Shown here in pieces: positions 28,691 through 38,520 of a stretch of 64,000 bases of DNA. A model generated the notes under the pieces. The model worked only from the letters and a program-made list of their open reading frames with translations, was not told the DNA's origin and searched no databases. Each line of letters opens with the position of its first letter. Positions within the stretch are counted from its first letter, which is position 1. The DNA is from a virus. The DNA lies in the IMG/VR virus record IMGVR_UViG_3300042447_000691; one strand, given 5' to 3'. Both the position numbers and the translations under genes were made by a program.

Positions 28691-30613
28691 ATGAGAAGAA
28701 TAATAAATGAATCAGGTATCCGGGATATTAATAATATTGCTAAAAGATACAAAAAAGCAAAAATATACTTTCACCAAGATTTGGACGGTGTAACAACCGC
28801 ATTGGCGATGAAAAACTATCTTGAACAACACGGTATTGAAGTTGTCGATGCTGAAGTAATACAATACGGATCTAAAGAATTCGCCATTAAAAAACCTGAA
28901 GGTGAAGGTGACGTTATGCCGGTTCTTGTTGATTTTGCTCACGGAAAACCAATGTTTGTTATTCATACCGACCACCACGATACACAAGCTGGTGTTGAAA
29001 AAGACACGGCAACAAGTTTCAAATCATCAAGATCAAACGTGGAAACCATATCACAAGTCGTTTCACCAAAAGAGATTTTCCCATCGGATGATATAATGTT
29101 AATATCAACGATCGATTCGGCAAACTTCGCGGTAAATCAAATAACACCAGAAATGGTTATGAATTACCTATACAAATACGATAAAGATAGTTCACTAAAG
29201 AGAAATAAAATGTTAATGGGGTTAGTTGTAAATAAACTATTATTAGCATATAAAAACAAACCAAGATTTTTGGAAAACCTTGTGTTAAACTCACAACCAT
29301 CCCTTTTAAGTATTTTAAATAATATTAAAAAAGAAGCGGTTGAAAAGGGGTATGTCGAACCTGAACAACTAACAAAAAACAAGGAAAATTATATACAAAG
29401 TAGAAAAGAAAAGGGTGTAGAAACTCTTGGTAATATTATCTCTCAATATGGATTTGGTAGCACAACAAAGTCAGGTGCTTATGATAGATACACACCATTT
29501 AAAAACAATCCAGATTCCGATTTCCTTGTAACGGGAATGCCGATGGGTATGGTTCAAGCATCCTGCAACCCATTTAAAGAAGATAGAGCACTCAAAGGGG
29601 TAAATTTAGGTGAAATAAAAGATGAGGTATTAGATGTATTTAGAAAAGAATTTGAGGGGTTAAAAATAACCTTTGGTATTATAAAAAGGGTTGCGGAACA
29701 AGAAGCTGATTTTAGTTCAGTTGGTTTTACCTTTAAAGATATGGAGGCGATCTACGGTGAAAGCCCATCTTATAAAATAGACGGAGGAGAAAACTTAAAA
29801 GAGATTTTAAACAACATATCCTCCAAACTTTATAGGGGGTTATCTCAAAAACAAAAAGAATTATTAAATAAAGTTTCTGTTAATGGATTTGACGTTATAA
29901 GAGCAAACTCAGGAGGACACAAATGTATAACCAACATTTCAGGTATAAATTTTTTATATAGGGATAATAAAGGAGGTAAAACAGATAAAATTCCTAGTGA
30001 GTTATTACCAATCGCTAATTATTCAGGAAAAAATTCATTTTTAAACGACATTAAATCAAAATTGTTAACTTACGGTAGATTGTCAGACAAACAAATTGAG
30101 ATGGCAATGAATCAGATTAAAAAGGAAGGGGGATCACCATCACCATCACCATCAACTGAAACAGTTGCTTCACAATCAAACAAAACTTACGTAGATGTTG
30201 TAAAACAAATCCAACAGGAATTTGTGAATATTTTAAATAATAAAATAAAATCACAATCTGAAGGTATAACTGAAAGTTTTAACAAGGGAGAAAATGTGGA
30301 GTCATTATTGAAAAGTCACGTTAAAGGACAAAAAGTTCTTTCTGAACGAGAATGGAAATTTATTATGTCAAAACTTAACGCAGTTACTGATAACAGAGGA
30401 CAGTGGGATCATCCGGGTAGATGTACCATGATAGAAAGTAATAGAATAACTATGGAGAATGTTAATTTTCCTTTAGTTGGTATAGACAACACTGGTCACT
30501 TAAAATTAATGTTACCTGAAAACGATTATAAATTCCCAGGAAAAAGAGTTTTTGAAATACCATTAAAAGGTAAATATAAAAATTTAGGTATAAAATTACT
30601 AAAAACGATTTAA
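28691..30613 (+). CDS. DHH-family phosphoesterase-like protein
   Basis: HQDLDG, VDFAH, TDHH and a late GGH motif. Confidence 0.7.
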   Translation: MRRIINESGIRDINNIAKRYKKAKIYFHQDLDGVTTALAMKNYLEQHGIEVVDAEVIQYGSKEFAIKKPEGEGDVMPVLVDFAHGKPMFVIHTDHHDTQAGVEKDTATSFKSSRSNVETISQVVSPKEIFPSDDIMLISTIDSANFAVNQITPEMVMNYLYKYDKDSSLKRNKMLMGLVVNKLLLAYKNKPRFLENLVLNSQPSLLSILNNIKKEAVEKGYVEPEQLTKNKENYIQSRKEKGVETLGNIISQYGFGSTTKSGAYDRYTPFKNNPDSDFLVTGMPMGMVQASCNPFKEDRALKGVNLGEIKDEVLDVFRKEFEGLKITFGIIKRVAEQEADFSSVGFTFKDMEAIYGESPSYKIDGGENLKEILNNISSKLYRGLSQKQKELLNKVSVNGFDVIRANSGGHKCITNISGINFLYRDNKGGKTDKIPSELLPIANYSGKNSFLNDIKSKLLTYGRLSDKQIEMAMNQIKKEGGSPSPSPSTETVASQSNKTYVDVVKQIQQEFVNILNNKIKSQSEGITESFNKGENVESLLKSHVKGQKVLSEREWKFIMSKLNAVTDNRGQWDHPGRCTMIESNRITMENVNFPLVGIDNTGHLKLMLPENDYKFPGKRVFEIPLKGKYKNLGIKLLKTI

Positions 30614-30622
30614 TTTTTTTCT

Positions 30623-31060
30623 ATGAACGACCAATTGTATTATTTTAATTATAGTGGAAAAATAAAAGAATGGCCGGGAATTAAATTAATAATTAATGAA
30701 AAAAAAACACATAAAGAAATAGGACACATCTTTTTAGTTGATGTTGATACCGCATATGATTACGATAGTAAAATAGAAAACGAGATATCAAATATTGAAG
30801 ATTATAATGATTATGATTTTATAAAAGAAAATGAAACTATATTTTTACATAGTTTATTTATTGTTGAGAAATATAGGAATAATGGGTTTGGTAAAATAAT
30901 CAGAAAAAAAACAGAAGACATTGCGATTGAGTATGGATATAAGGTTTTATCGTCTATAACAAATAAAAATAATTTACATTCCAACAGAATAAATGAGGGG
31001 TTAAATTATAAAATCTTAGAAAATTTAAAAGAATATAATTTTTTTTACAAAAAACTGTGA
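30623..31060 (+). CDS. GNAT acetyltransferase
   Basis: LFIVEKYRNNGFGK motif A. Confidence 0.75.
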   Translation: MNDQLYYFNYSGKIKEWPGIKLIINEKKTHKEIGHIFLVDVDTAYDYDSKIENEISNIEDYNDYDFIKENETIFLHSLFIVEKYRNNGFGKIIRKKTEDIAIEYGYKVLSSITNKNNLHSNRINEGLNYKILENLKEYNFFYKKL

Positions 31061-31127
31061 TTTTACTAAACTAAGTTGTATTTATATATTACCTCTGACA
31101 AAATTTCTATATTTTTTATTAAATCAC

Positions 31128-31158
31128 TTGATTAAACAAAAATAAATTTATAAATTTG
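31128..31158 (+). promoter_or_regulatory. Bacteroidota-type promoter
   Basis: TTG-N20-TAAATTTG. Confidence 0.6.
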
Positions 31159-31210
31159 TAAAACAATTAGGAAACGTTCTAATTAGTATAAAAAATTGAT
31201 TTATTAATAT

Positions 31211-31354
31211 ATGTCTGAAATTACAAACGAAGTGGTTGAGATCTATGCCTACACTGACGACAAAGGTCAGAAAGTGTACACACCAAACGTAGAGTTTGCT
31301 GAGATAATGGCTAAGAAATACGGAACAAACGATGTTTACGTAGAAAAAAACTAA
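31211..31354 (+). CDS. Small hypothetical protein (47 aa)
   Basis: Not in the ORF track; clean ORF MSEITNEVVEIYAYTDDKGQ. Confidence 0.55.
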   Translation: MSEITNEVVEIYAYTDDKGQKVYTPNVEFAEIMAKKYGTNDVYVEKN

Positions 31355-31372
31355 AAAAAAACAACAAAGGAC

Positions 31373-31440
31373 TTGTCTAATTGAAAAAAAAGACTTAACT
31401 TTGTAAAACAAATCAGGAAAAGACCTGAAACGTTCTTTGA
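31373..31440 (+). promoter_or_regulatory. Bacteroidota-type promoter followed by hairpin and boxA-like GTTCTTTGA
   Basis: TTG-N20-TAACTTTG, TCAGG/CCTGA hairpin, GTTCTTTGA at 31432. Confidence 0.6.
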
Positions 31441-32340
31441 AAATCTAAATCCGACCGAAACAGTCGTCACAGTTAAAAAAAGCGAAGTAACACCTCCCTT
31501 TCTTTATATGTGAAACTAAATTAAGTCATTGGGCCGTGTATGGTCCATTAAAATAAACCACGAAAGTGGGATAAAGTGAACCCTTAGTGTGTTGGGTTTG
31601 CGTCTTGGTGAGTCTTCGGACTTGTCGAGATTGAGTACACAAGCGGGATACCGCTTAACCTTTAGTACCGAGGGCAACGCTGTAGGGAAAGTGGTTAGGT
31701 GAATTGGCAATGTGGGTTGTCAGTTTGAGATGGGAACATCGATAGGAATAACTCGTAGGGATATTGCAAAAAATAAGGTTATCCGATTTTATTATTGCGT
31801 GTTCCATTATGATAGGATACTTAAAACCGAAAGGTATGTTAGTGTACAAGTGGTGTTGTTACTAACCTTGACCGTCCCCTACCAAGGGTTCGATCTCGAA
31901 GTAGTCTTGAAATATTGAGATGGGGACATTTCACGGGGTAGTTTGGTATTTCGTTGTTCAAAAGATAACGAATCTAAAGACGGACCACTACTTCGATCAA
32001 TCCACGACACCAAACTTATGGAGCTTTAATTCCAATTAAAATTACATTAAGCAAAAGTGTTCGTCAGGTGTCAATGAAAGGTGACTACATAGTAACGAGC
32101 AGTTCGTTGCGTAGTGAGACCGCAAGTTGAACTACATTCTTACCAAAAACCTCTATTCCCGCAAGGAAGAGTTGGGACGGCAGTCTCGAAGAGAGTTGAG
32201 TAATGAGAGAGTAATTGATACCTCAAGGAGTGATTCACCTAAATAATCGTCACTGAGGAATACCATTCAAAAGATGGTGGATACGAAGGGAAACAATAAT
32301 CCTTCAAAAGGTTCTCAATAACAGGTATAATCTCAGCCTT
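31441..32340 (+). ncRNA. Large structured ncRNA, GOLLD-like candidate
   Basis: About 900 nt, GC-elevated, no credible ORF, many GNRA/UUCG hairpins (CCAC-GAAA-GTGG, GAGTC-TTCG-GACTT, TTCCC-GCAA-GGAA), own promoter and terminal U-run. Family assignment is from size and context only. Confidence 0.6.
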
Positions 32341-32437
32341 TTTTAAAAAACTACTTACTGGTAAAAAAAATTGATGGATGATAAAAAATTATTGTCCATT
32401 TTTTTGTGAGTTAAATTTTTTTGCATATCTTTGTTGT

Positions 32438-32848
32438 ATGAAAAATGATAACAAAATAGGTAAAGCGATTACGGACAAACATATTAAGATCGTTAAAAAA
32501 ATTACTAAAGATATGGTAATTAGTGCATATAAAAATTACAAATATTATGTGGATTCTGACCTATTAGATTCAGCAATTAAAATCTCATCAATTAGAAAAT
32601 ATAAACACGAAAAATCTGTGTGGTTGGATAATAAAGAACTATATACCTATGAGATAGATGTTATTGTTGATATGCGTTCTGGACGGAGTTGGAAAAATAA
32701 CAATTATTGCCAACGAAATGCAACAAGATATAATAGATATTATAGGAATAGTATTTATAATTCAGTTTTAGAATATTTAAAATATTTTGGAATTGATGAA
32801 TCAGATAACCCCACTATTTCAAAAATACAATACAAAGAAATTGTTTAA
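32438..32848 (+). CDS. Hypothetical protein
   Basis: ATG follows TATCTTTG. Confidence 0.55.
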   Translation: MKNDNKIGKAITDKHIKIVKKITKDMVISAYKNYKYYVDSDLLDSAIKISSIRKYKHEKSVWLDNKELYTYEIDVIVDMRSGRSWKNNNYCQRNATRYNRYYRNSIYNSVLEYLKYFGIDESDNPTISKIQYKEIV

Positions 32849-32871
32849 TTAAAAAAAAAGTATTACATTTG
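32841..32871 (+). promoter_or_regulatory. Bacteroidota-type promoter
   Basis: TTG-N20-TACATTTG. Confidence 0.6.
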
Positions 32872-32885
32872 TATAAATAAAAGAT

Positions 32886-33152
32886 ATGGCAACACTAAAA
32901 CACATAATGATCGTCCACCCTAAGTTTGGTGAAGTTTTAAATGAAACTTTTATGGATGAGGTACAGTTTAAAATATTTTTGAATATGGTCCACTCATCTA
33001 TTGAGTTGAATCAAAACCTATCAACGTTTAATGGTAAAGACTTTTTAGTTCACGTACCAAGTTCAATATTAAAGGAATGTTTAGTTATTGGTAATAGTAA
33101 AGAGATGTCAATAGCTGAGGTTGTTATAGCAAAATCTAAGTTGGAGGGATAG
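32886..33152 (+). CDS. Hypothetical protein
   Basis: 88-aa ORF after a promoter. Confidence 0.6.
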   Translation: MATLKHIMIVHPKFGEVLNETFMDEVQFKIFLNMVHSSIELNQNLSTFNGKDFLVHVPSSILKECLVIGNSKEMSIAEVVIAKSKLEG

Positions 33153-33219
33153 TTTCTTTGTTTCTCTTTAAAACAAAGTGGTGGCAGTTTGTATCACAAT
33201 CCGTGATCGACCCGAAATT

Positions 33220-33246
33220 AGGTGAGGTTTTCCTCACCTTTTTTTA
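33220..33246 (+). terminator. Intrinsic terminator
   Basis: AGGTGAGG/CCTCACCT stem followed by a T-tract. Confidence 0.7.
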
Positions 33247-33267
33247 TTATATGATATATTTATTAGT

Positions 33268-34629
33268 ATGGATCTAAAAAGAATTATTAGAAAGGTAATA
33301 AAAGAGGCTCACGAAAAGAGGCAAATTAACGAAGCCACATGGGTACCTAAAAATACTGGAAGTAAATATGGTATGAGACTTCACCCCGTACAGAAAGTTT
33401 ATAAACTTCATGCTGGTCAGGATTATCCTGAACCACAAGGTACTGCTATTATTGTAATTAAACCAGGTAAGGTATTAAGATCTGAATTTGGTAAAGCCAA
33501 TGGTAATTTTGTTGAAATTTTACATAATGATGGTTCGGTTACGATGTATTTACATCTATCTAAGAGAATGGTAAGTGCTGGTGACATTGTAAATAGTGGT
33601 AAAGTAATTGGGTTGGTTGGATCTACAGGTCTTTCTACGGGGCCACATCTACATTTTGTTTATAAAAAGGATGGTAAAATGATAAATCCTGAAACTTATG
33701 CTCCACAGGTATTTAGATTTAGTAATAGTTCGTCACCAGACGTTAGTGAGTTTGTTAAACCGGTTGCAAAAGGTAAAACAAAAGAATATATGGTGTATGC
33801 CATCTCAAGTGGAAAAGTGCATAACCCAACCGGTAATTATATTGGTAGTTTAGGTACATTAATATCAAAAAGAAATGGTGAACCGATATATGGATCACAA
33901 AGAAAACGAGATGGTAGAATATTTTTATTCACATTTGATAACAGTAATGATGTATTATACATTGAAATGTCTAATGAGGACTTTTTAAATTATGATGTTA
34001 AAAAACAAAGAATAGAAGGGACGTGGGAAAAATTAACGGAAACTTCTGTTGTTAGAGATTCTAAAAGTAAAAACCAAGAAAAATCTTCTGAAACAAAAAA
34101 TAAAGAAACTCAAAAATCAGGAGATTTAAAAGACGATAGACTTTCAGAACCAATTTTAAAGGCAATTAATGACTTAATAAAAAAAGGTGTTAACATTACA
34201 AAAAAAAATATAGATAAAGAATTTGAACAGGAAGGGTCAACAAGACCTGATTTGGGAAAAAATAAAATTGCAGAAAAGAAAATACTAGAACTTATAAATG
34301 ATTGTAATAAAAAATTTGGTATAAGTGGAGGGGTAGTCTCCGGATATAGAAGTTATGATGATCAAGTGAATAATTTTGCAAAAAAAGTTTTAAATAATAA
34401 AAGAACAATAGATAATGTTCAAGCATCAAACACATTACCTGGTTTTAGTCAACACCACACAGGAAAGGCGTTTGATATATATTCAACAGAAACTAGTTGG
34501 TGGGATGCGAAACCTAAGATTAAAAAATGGGTTGCGGATAACGCTAAAGATTACGGTTTTGAAATAACATATAAAACACAAGGACCATTAAGGGTTGCTG
34601 AACCTTGGCATTTAAATTATATAGGATGA
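33268..34629 (+). CDS. Dual peptidoglycan peptidase: M23 + M15B (VanY-like)
   Basis: M23 HAGQD...TMYLHL...STGPHLHF; C-terminal SGYRSY...PGFSQHHTGKAFD...AEPWH. Confidence 0.88.
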   Translation: MDLKRIIRKVIKEAHEKRQINEATWVPKNTGSKYGMRLHPVQKVYKLHAGQDYPEPQGTAIIVIKPGKVLRSEFGKANGNFVEILHNDGSVTMYLHLSKRMVSAGDIVNSGKVIGLVGSTGLSTGPHLHFVYKKDGKMINPETYAPQVFRFSNSSSPDVSEFVKPVAKGKTKEYMVYAISSGKVHNPTGNYIGSLGTLISKRNGEPIYGSQRKRDGRIFLFTFDNSNDVLYIEMSNEDFLNYDVKKQRIEGTWEKLTETSVVRDSKSKNQEKSSETKNKETQKSGDLKDDRLSEPILKAINDLIKKGVNITKKNIDKEFEQEGSTRPDLGKNKIAEKKILELINDCNKKFGISGGVVSGYRSYDDQVNNFAKKVLNNKRTIDNVQASNTLPGFSQHHTGKAFDIYSTETSWWDAKPKIKKWVADNAKDYGFEITYKTQGPLRVAEPWHLNYIG

Positions 34630-34997
34630 AAATAGATCATATCATAAGAAAAGTTTTAATTGAAGAATTCACAACTAAAGAATTTTTATATGAAGACATA
34701 TACGGATCAGTAGAAAGTGTTGATGAATTTTTAAACGAAGCAGAATACCAAGGAAGAAAAGTCCAACTTGGAAAAATAATGCAAGGAGACATTAAAAAGT
34801 CCAAAGTTTATGTTAAAAACGATAAAGGAAAGGTTGTTAAGGTAAATTTTGGTTTTGGTGGTAAATCGGCAAAAGGTAAAAGAATGGTTATTAAGAAAAA
34901 TAACCCTGAAAGAAGAAGGTCTTTTAGAGCAAGACATAATTGTGATAATCCAGGTCCAAGATGGAAACCTAGATATTGGGCATGTAGAACATGGTAA
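34626..34997 (+). CDS. Conserved phage hypothetical protein
   Basis: EAEYQGRKVQL...RRRSFRARHNCD...RYWACRTW motif, recalled from T4-like aquatic phages. Confidence 0.6.
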   Translation: MKIDHIIRKVLIEEFTTKEFLYEDIYGSVESVDEFLNEAEYQGRKVQLGKIMQGDIKKSKVYVKNDKGKVVKVNFGFGGKSAKGKRMVIKKNNPERRRSFRARHNCDNPGPRWKPRYWACRTW

Positions 34998-35020
34998 TAA
35001 AAAAAATAAAATAAAAAAAA

Positions 35021-35455
35021 ATGAACAGAAGTTACAGTAAAATCAGACATATTCAAGAATCTAACAGAAGACTTGAAGAAACATTATTAAACGAACAAAA
35101 TCCAGCATTAGCAGGACTTGCTGCTAGAGTTGGTAGTGTGATTGGTAATTTATTTAGAAAAAAAGAAAATGAAACCTCACCGGCACTTCAAGCGGCACAG
35201 GCAAGAGTAGAAGCAAAAACAGAACAATTAAGAAATTCACTTAGAGAGTTTCATGATGAGTTTGAAAAACTTTATAGAGATAGAGCAAAAGAAATTAGTG
35301 ACTCAATAAAAAAATTAGAAGCCGAAAAGGCACCAAACTTAGAAAAAGTAAAAGAACAAAGTACCACATTGAATACTGAATATGAAAGTCTTTTATCTAA
35401 AATAACCGATTTTGAAACTGAAATACAAACAATTTTAGGTAACTATAATAGTTAA
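35021..35455 (+). CDS. Hypothetical protein with MNRSYSKIRHIQE leader
   Basis: Same N-terminus as 42474..43319. Confidence 0.6.
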   Translation: MNRSYSKIRHIQESNRRLEETLLNEQNPALAGLAARVGSVIGNLFRKKENETSPALQAAQARVEAKTEQLRNSLREFHDEFEKLYRDRAKEISDSIKKLEAEKAPNLEKVKEQSTTLNTEYESLLSKITDFETEIQTILGNYNS

Positions 35456-35461
35456 GATAAT

Positions 35462-35761
35462 ATGAGTAAAATTATTATAACAGAAGACCAACTAAAAAAA
35501 GTTGTTAAATCACTTAAAGAAAGTGATGAGGAAGGGTCTTACATGGCAAAACAACAGTTGTTTACCATCGCAACATTGGCTTACAAAATGTGGGAAATGA
35601 TGGAAGAAGGAGACCAACTCGAAGATTGGATGGAAACAAAAATCGCTCAATCAGAACAATCTATCACTGCGGTAGTTAAGTCGTTTATGTACGATGAGTT
35701 TGAAGACGGTATTAAAGGAACCAATGGTTTGGATTTTGATGAATTAATCATTGGTAGATAA
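35462..35761 (+). CDS. Hypothetical protein with leader variant (MSKIIITEDQLKKVVKSLKE)
   Basis: Degenerate copy of the shared leader. Confidence 0.6.
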   Translation: MSKIIITEDQLKKVVKSLKESDEEGSYMAKQQLFTIATLAYKMWEMMEEGDQLEDWMETKIAQSEQSITAVVKSFMYDEFEDGIKGTNGLDFDELIIGR

Positions 35762-35836
35762 AAAAACAAAACATAAATAAACCCCCTTTCTTAGTTGACT
35801 GGGGGATTTTTATTTTATATAATTATTAAAAAAGTC

Positions 35837-36013
35837 ATGTACGTAATAGTTAAACAAATCAAAACGGAATCCAAAAAAAGATTACCAGTTATATTATTAA
35901 ACTCTGAAAGTGAAATTTGGGAATTTGATAGTATTGAAGACGCTGAAGAAATGAAAGAAATATTTCAAACAAACTCAGACTCAGGACACATTTACGAGGT
36001 TAAGAAGATATAA
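35837..36013 (+). CDS. Hypothetical protein
   Basis: Short ORF MYVIVKQIK. Confidence 0.45.
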   Translation: MYVIVKQIKTESKKRLPVILLNSESEIWEFDSIEDAEEMKEIFQTNSDSGHIYEVKKI

Positions 36014-36019
36014 TAATAT

Positions 36020-36091
36020 GGTTCCGTGGTGAAAGGGATATCACAGTAGATTTCTAATCTTCTATTCCTGGTTCGAGTCCAGGCGGGACTA
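36020..36091 (+). tRNA. tRNA-Arg(UCU)
   Basis: Cloverleaf; loop TT-TCT-AA; T-arm CCTGG-TTCGAGT-CCAGG. Confidence 0.85.
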
Positions 36092-36225
36092 CACCAAACA
36101 AAAACAATGGAAAACACCTTAGAACAATTACACCAAGAATTTATTAATTCAGAAGAATTTATAAAATATCTTAAAGAACTTGACGAATATTCAGAAAAAT
36201 ATGTATCTTTGTAAAAACAATACAT

Positions 36226-36525
36226 ATGAACAAAGAACTTGTCTCCCTATTTTTCTCAATGACTCACGAAGTGGAAGAACTACTTGAAGTATTCAATAAG
36301 AAACAATTATTAGATTTTTACATCAATGGGTGTGAGTTAAGACTTCGTATGGAAGGACGTTTGGAGAATTTTGAAAAGTTCAATAAAGAAACGGGAGTTG
36401 AGTTCAGCACTTTGATCTCAAACAAATTTCACTTGGCGAAACAACTTCACGTATTAAAAATGGCCTTAGAAAAACTTGGAGTTAAAGGATTAGAAGAAGA
36501 CCAATACATTATCTTTAACAATTAA
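36226..36525 (+). CDS. Hypothetical protein
   Basis: ORF after TATCTTTG. Confidence 0.55.
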   Translation: MNKELVSLFFSMTHEVEELLEVFNKKQLLDFYINGCELRLRMEGRLENFEKFNKETGVEFSTLISNKFHLAKQLHVLKMALEKLGVKGLEEDQYIIFNN

Positions 36526-36815
36526 TGAAATCATTCAAAGACATAGAATTTAAACCACATTCTTTTGGTGAAGGTGTACACGGACTATTATTTTTTCCTA
36601 ATGGTTATGGGGTGTCTGTTGTTAGGTATAAAAATCCAATAAGCAAAATTTATGGTTCATATACATCTAACGATAACGAATGGGAAGTTGCGGTGTTATA
36701 TGGTGATGAAAAAAAGTGGGAGATCACTTATAACACATACATAACGGACGATGTTATCGGTCACTTATCAGAAGGTGGTGTTGAATGGATAATTATGTTA
36801 GTTCAGGATCTATAA
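36525..36815 (+). CDS. Hypothetical protein
   Basis: FPNGYGVSVVR...WEVAVL phage-type motif. Confidence 0.6.
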   Translation: MKSFKDIEFKPHSFGEGVHGLLFFPNGYGVSVVRYKNPISKIYGSYTSNDNEWEVAVLYGDEKKWEITYNTYITDDVIGHLSEGGVEWIIMLVQDL

Positions 36816-36929
36816 ATTAAGATATTTATAAGTAACCTCTCAGGGATTTTGATATTTTTACCCTTTTGTCTAATACTCGGCCGTAAAAGCAATAAAGAAA
36901 AAATAGATCGGTAGTTGAGAACAACAAAG

Positions 36930-36991
36930 GAATCCGTGTGGTGTAATTGGTTAGCATAATTTTGGTGTGGGTTTGATTCCCGCCACGGTTT
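36930..36991 (+). ncRNA. tRNA-like element lacking an anticodon arm
   Basis: GAATCCGTG/CACGGTTTC stem, D-like and T-like arms, only ~8 nt between them. Confidence 0.5.
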
Positions 36992-37022
36992 CTTTTTTTA
37001 GTCTTTGATGTATTTATTATGT

Positions 37023-37982
37023 ATGGGATTAGAGTTTAAACAAATATGGAAGACCTCAAGGACATTAGCGGACTTAGTCAAAGAAGAGTCTGGAGATAAA
37101 GTAATTACGAGAACTAAAATTAAATCAATTGCAACCTCTGACCATTTTGGTCAAGTCCTATTATCTGCGGCCACAACTTTATCTGATAAAATAAAAATCA
37201 TACAAACAACTTGGTTTATAATTAATAAACCGAATTACACGCCAGAAAAAATATATAAAATCATAAACGACTTCTATATTTTAGTGGTTGATTTTTATGT
37301 TGAACAAACAACAAAAACTGAAACGTGTGGTGAATGTGATAATGGGTATGTTGAATGTAATAGTTGTGACGGGGATGGTAAACAAGATTGTAGGTATTGT
37401 GATGGTGAAGGAACTCATGAGTGCGATACTTGCTATGGTGAAGGAACCCAAGACTGTAGGTATTGTAATGGTAAAGGAACTGAAACTGAAACAGAAGAAG
37501 ATGATGAAGGTGAAGAAGTTGAAGTTGAAGTGGAGTGCGTTCATTGTGATGGTGGAGGTAAGGAATCCTGTCGTGATTGTGGTGGAGAAGGAAATTTTGA
37601 ATGTGATACTTGTGACGGTGAAGGAACCGAAGGATGTGATCATTGTGGAAGTACAGGGTCCGAAGGATGTGGTGAATGTGGTGGAAGTGGAGACGTTGAA
37701 AGTTATGAATCATATTATAGTATTGAAAGAACCTTTATGGTTGTGAATGGAGATTCTATGCAGAAATACATAGACAAACCATTAACAAAAGATGTGTTTG
37801 ATGATATTGAAGGCGAAGATCCTGCCTTTGATTTTTATATGATATTAAAAAGACAAGATTATATGAGTGATAATACGGCAGAAGATGAAAGGGAGAACAA
37901 CGAAATGGAAGATGATTTTGTAATAGTACAAGATTTGATAAAACTTGAAGATTCAAATCTAAGAGTACCCGGACTTTCCTAA
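37023..37982 (+). CDS. Protein with ten DnaJ-type CxxCxGxG-like zinc-finger repeats
   Basis: CGECDNG, CNSCDGDG, CRYCDGEG, CDTCYGEG, CRYCNGKG, CVHCDGGG, CRDCGGEG, CDTCDGEG, CDHCGSTG, CGECGGSG; no J-domain. Confidence 0.75.
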   Translation: MGLEFKQIWKTSRTLADLVKEESGDKVITRTKIKSIATSDHFGQVLLSAATTLSDKIKIIQTTWFIINKPNYTPEKIYKIINDFYILVVDFYVEQTTKTETCGECDNGYVECNSCDGDGKQDCRYCDGEGTHECDTCYGEGTQDCRYCNGKGTETETEEDDEGEEVEVEVECVHCDGGGKESCRDCGGEGNFECDTCDGEGTEGCDHCGSTGSEGCGECGGSGDVESYESYYSIERTFMVVNGDSMQKYIDKPLTKDVFDDIEGEDPAFDFYMILKRQDYMSDNTAEDERENNEMEDDFVIVQDLIKLEDSNLRVPGLS

Positions 37983-38012
37983 CCATTAACATATTTATTA
38001 ATAAAAACAATA

Positions 38013-38510
38013 ATGAAAAGAATAATTAGACTTACAGAATCAGATTTAGCAAGAATTGTTAGACGTGTGATTAAAGAAAACGAAGAAGACTTTGACACAC
38101 AAAGTTTTTTTGATGCTCAGTTTATAATTTTAAAAGAGTTTTTAACAAATTTGGGTTATATTTACATGGATGGTGAAAAACCACCTTATTCTAAAAAAGG
38201 AAGATTAGGTGTTTTTGAAAAAATTTCACATACGGAATCCGGCGAAAATGAACCTGGAACAAGTGGGTTAAAAGATGACTATTTATTTAGGGTAAAAATA
38301 GAGTTGGATTATAATATTTACGGAACAAGAGAAAATAAGTCGTCTATTTCTATATCTAAGTTTACATATGGTGATTCTGATTGGAAAGTTTTAGTCAATT
38401 CAAATGTACCTTGGGTATTAGGTAAACCTAATTATACAAAAATATTACAAGAGTTCAAAAAAATGGGTGAAGAAGCGCCAGGACTTTATTGTGAATTTAA
38501 TAAATGTTAA
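38013..38510 (+). CDS. Leader-family protein ([22 protein letters not shown])
   Basis: Shared leader plus unique C-terminus. Confidence 0.7.
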   Translation: MKRIIRLTESDLARIVRRVIKENEEDFDTQSFFDAQFIILKEFLTNLGYIYMDGEKPPYSKKGRLGVFEKISHTESGENEPGTSGLKDDYLFRVKIELDYNIYGTRENKSSISISKFTYGDSDWKVLVNSNVPWVLGKPNYTKILQEFKKMGEEAPGLYCEFNKC

Positions 38511-38520
38511 TAAAAAAATA

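Noticed and set aside
31516-31918. Short ORFs inside the large GC-elevated island
   Set aside because: No phage-like codon style or motifs; the dense hairpins favour a non-coding RNA.
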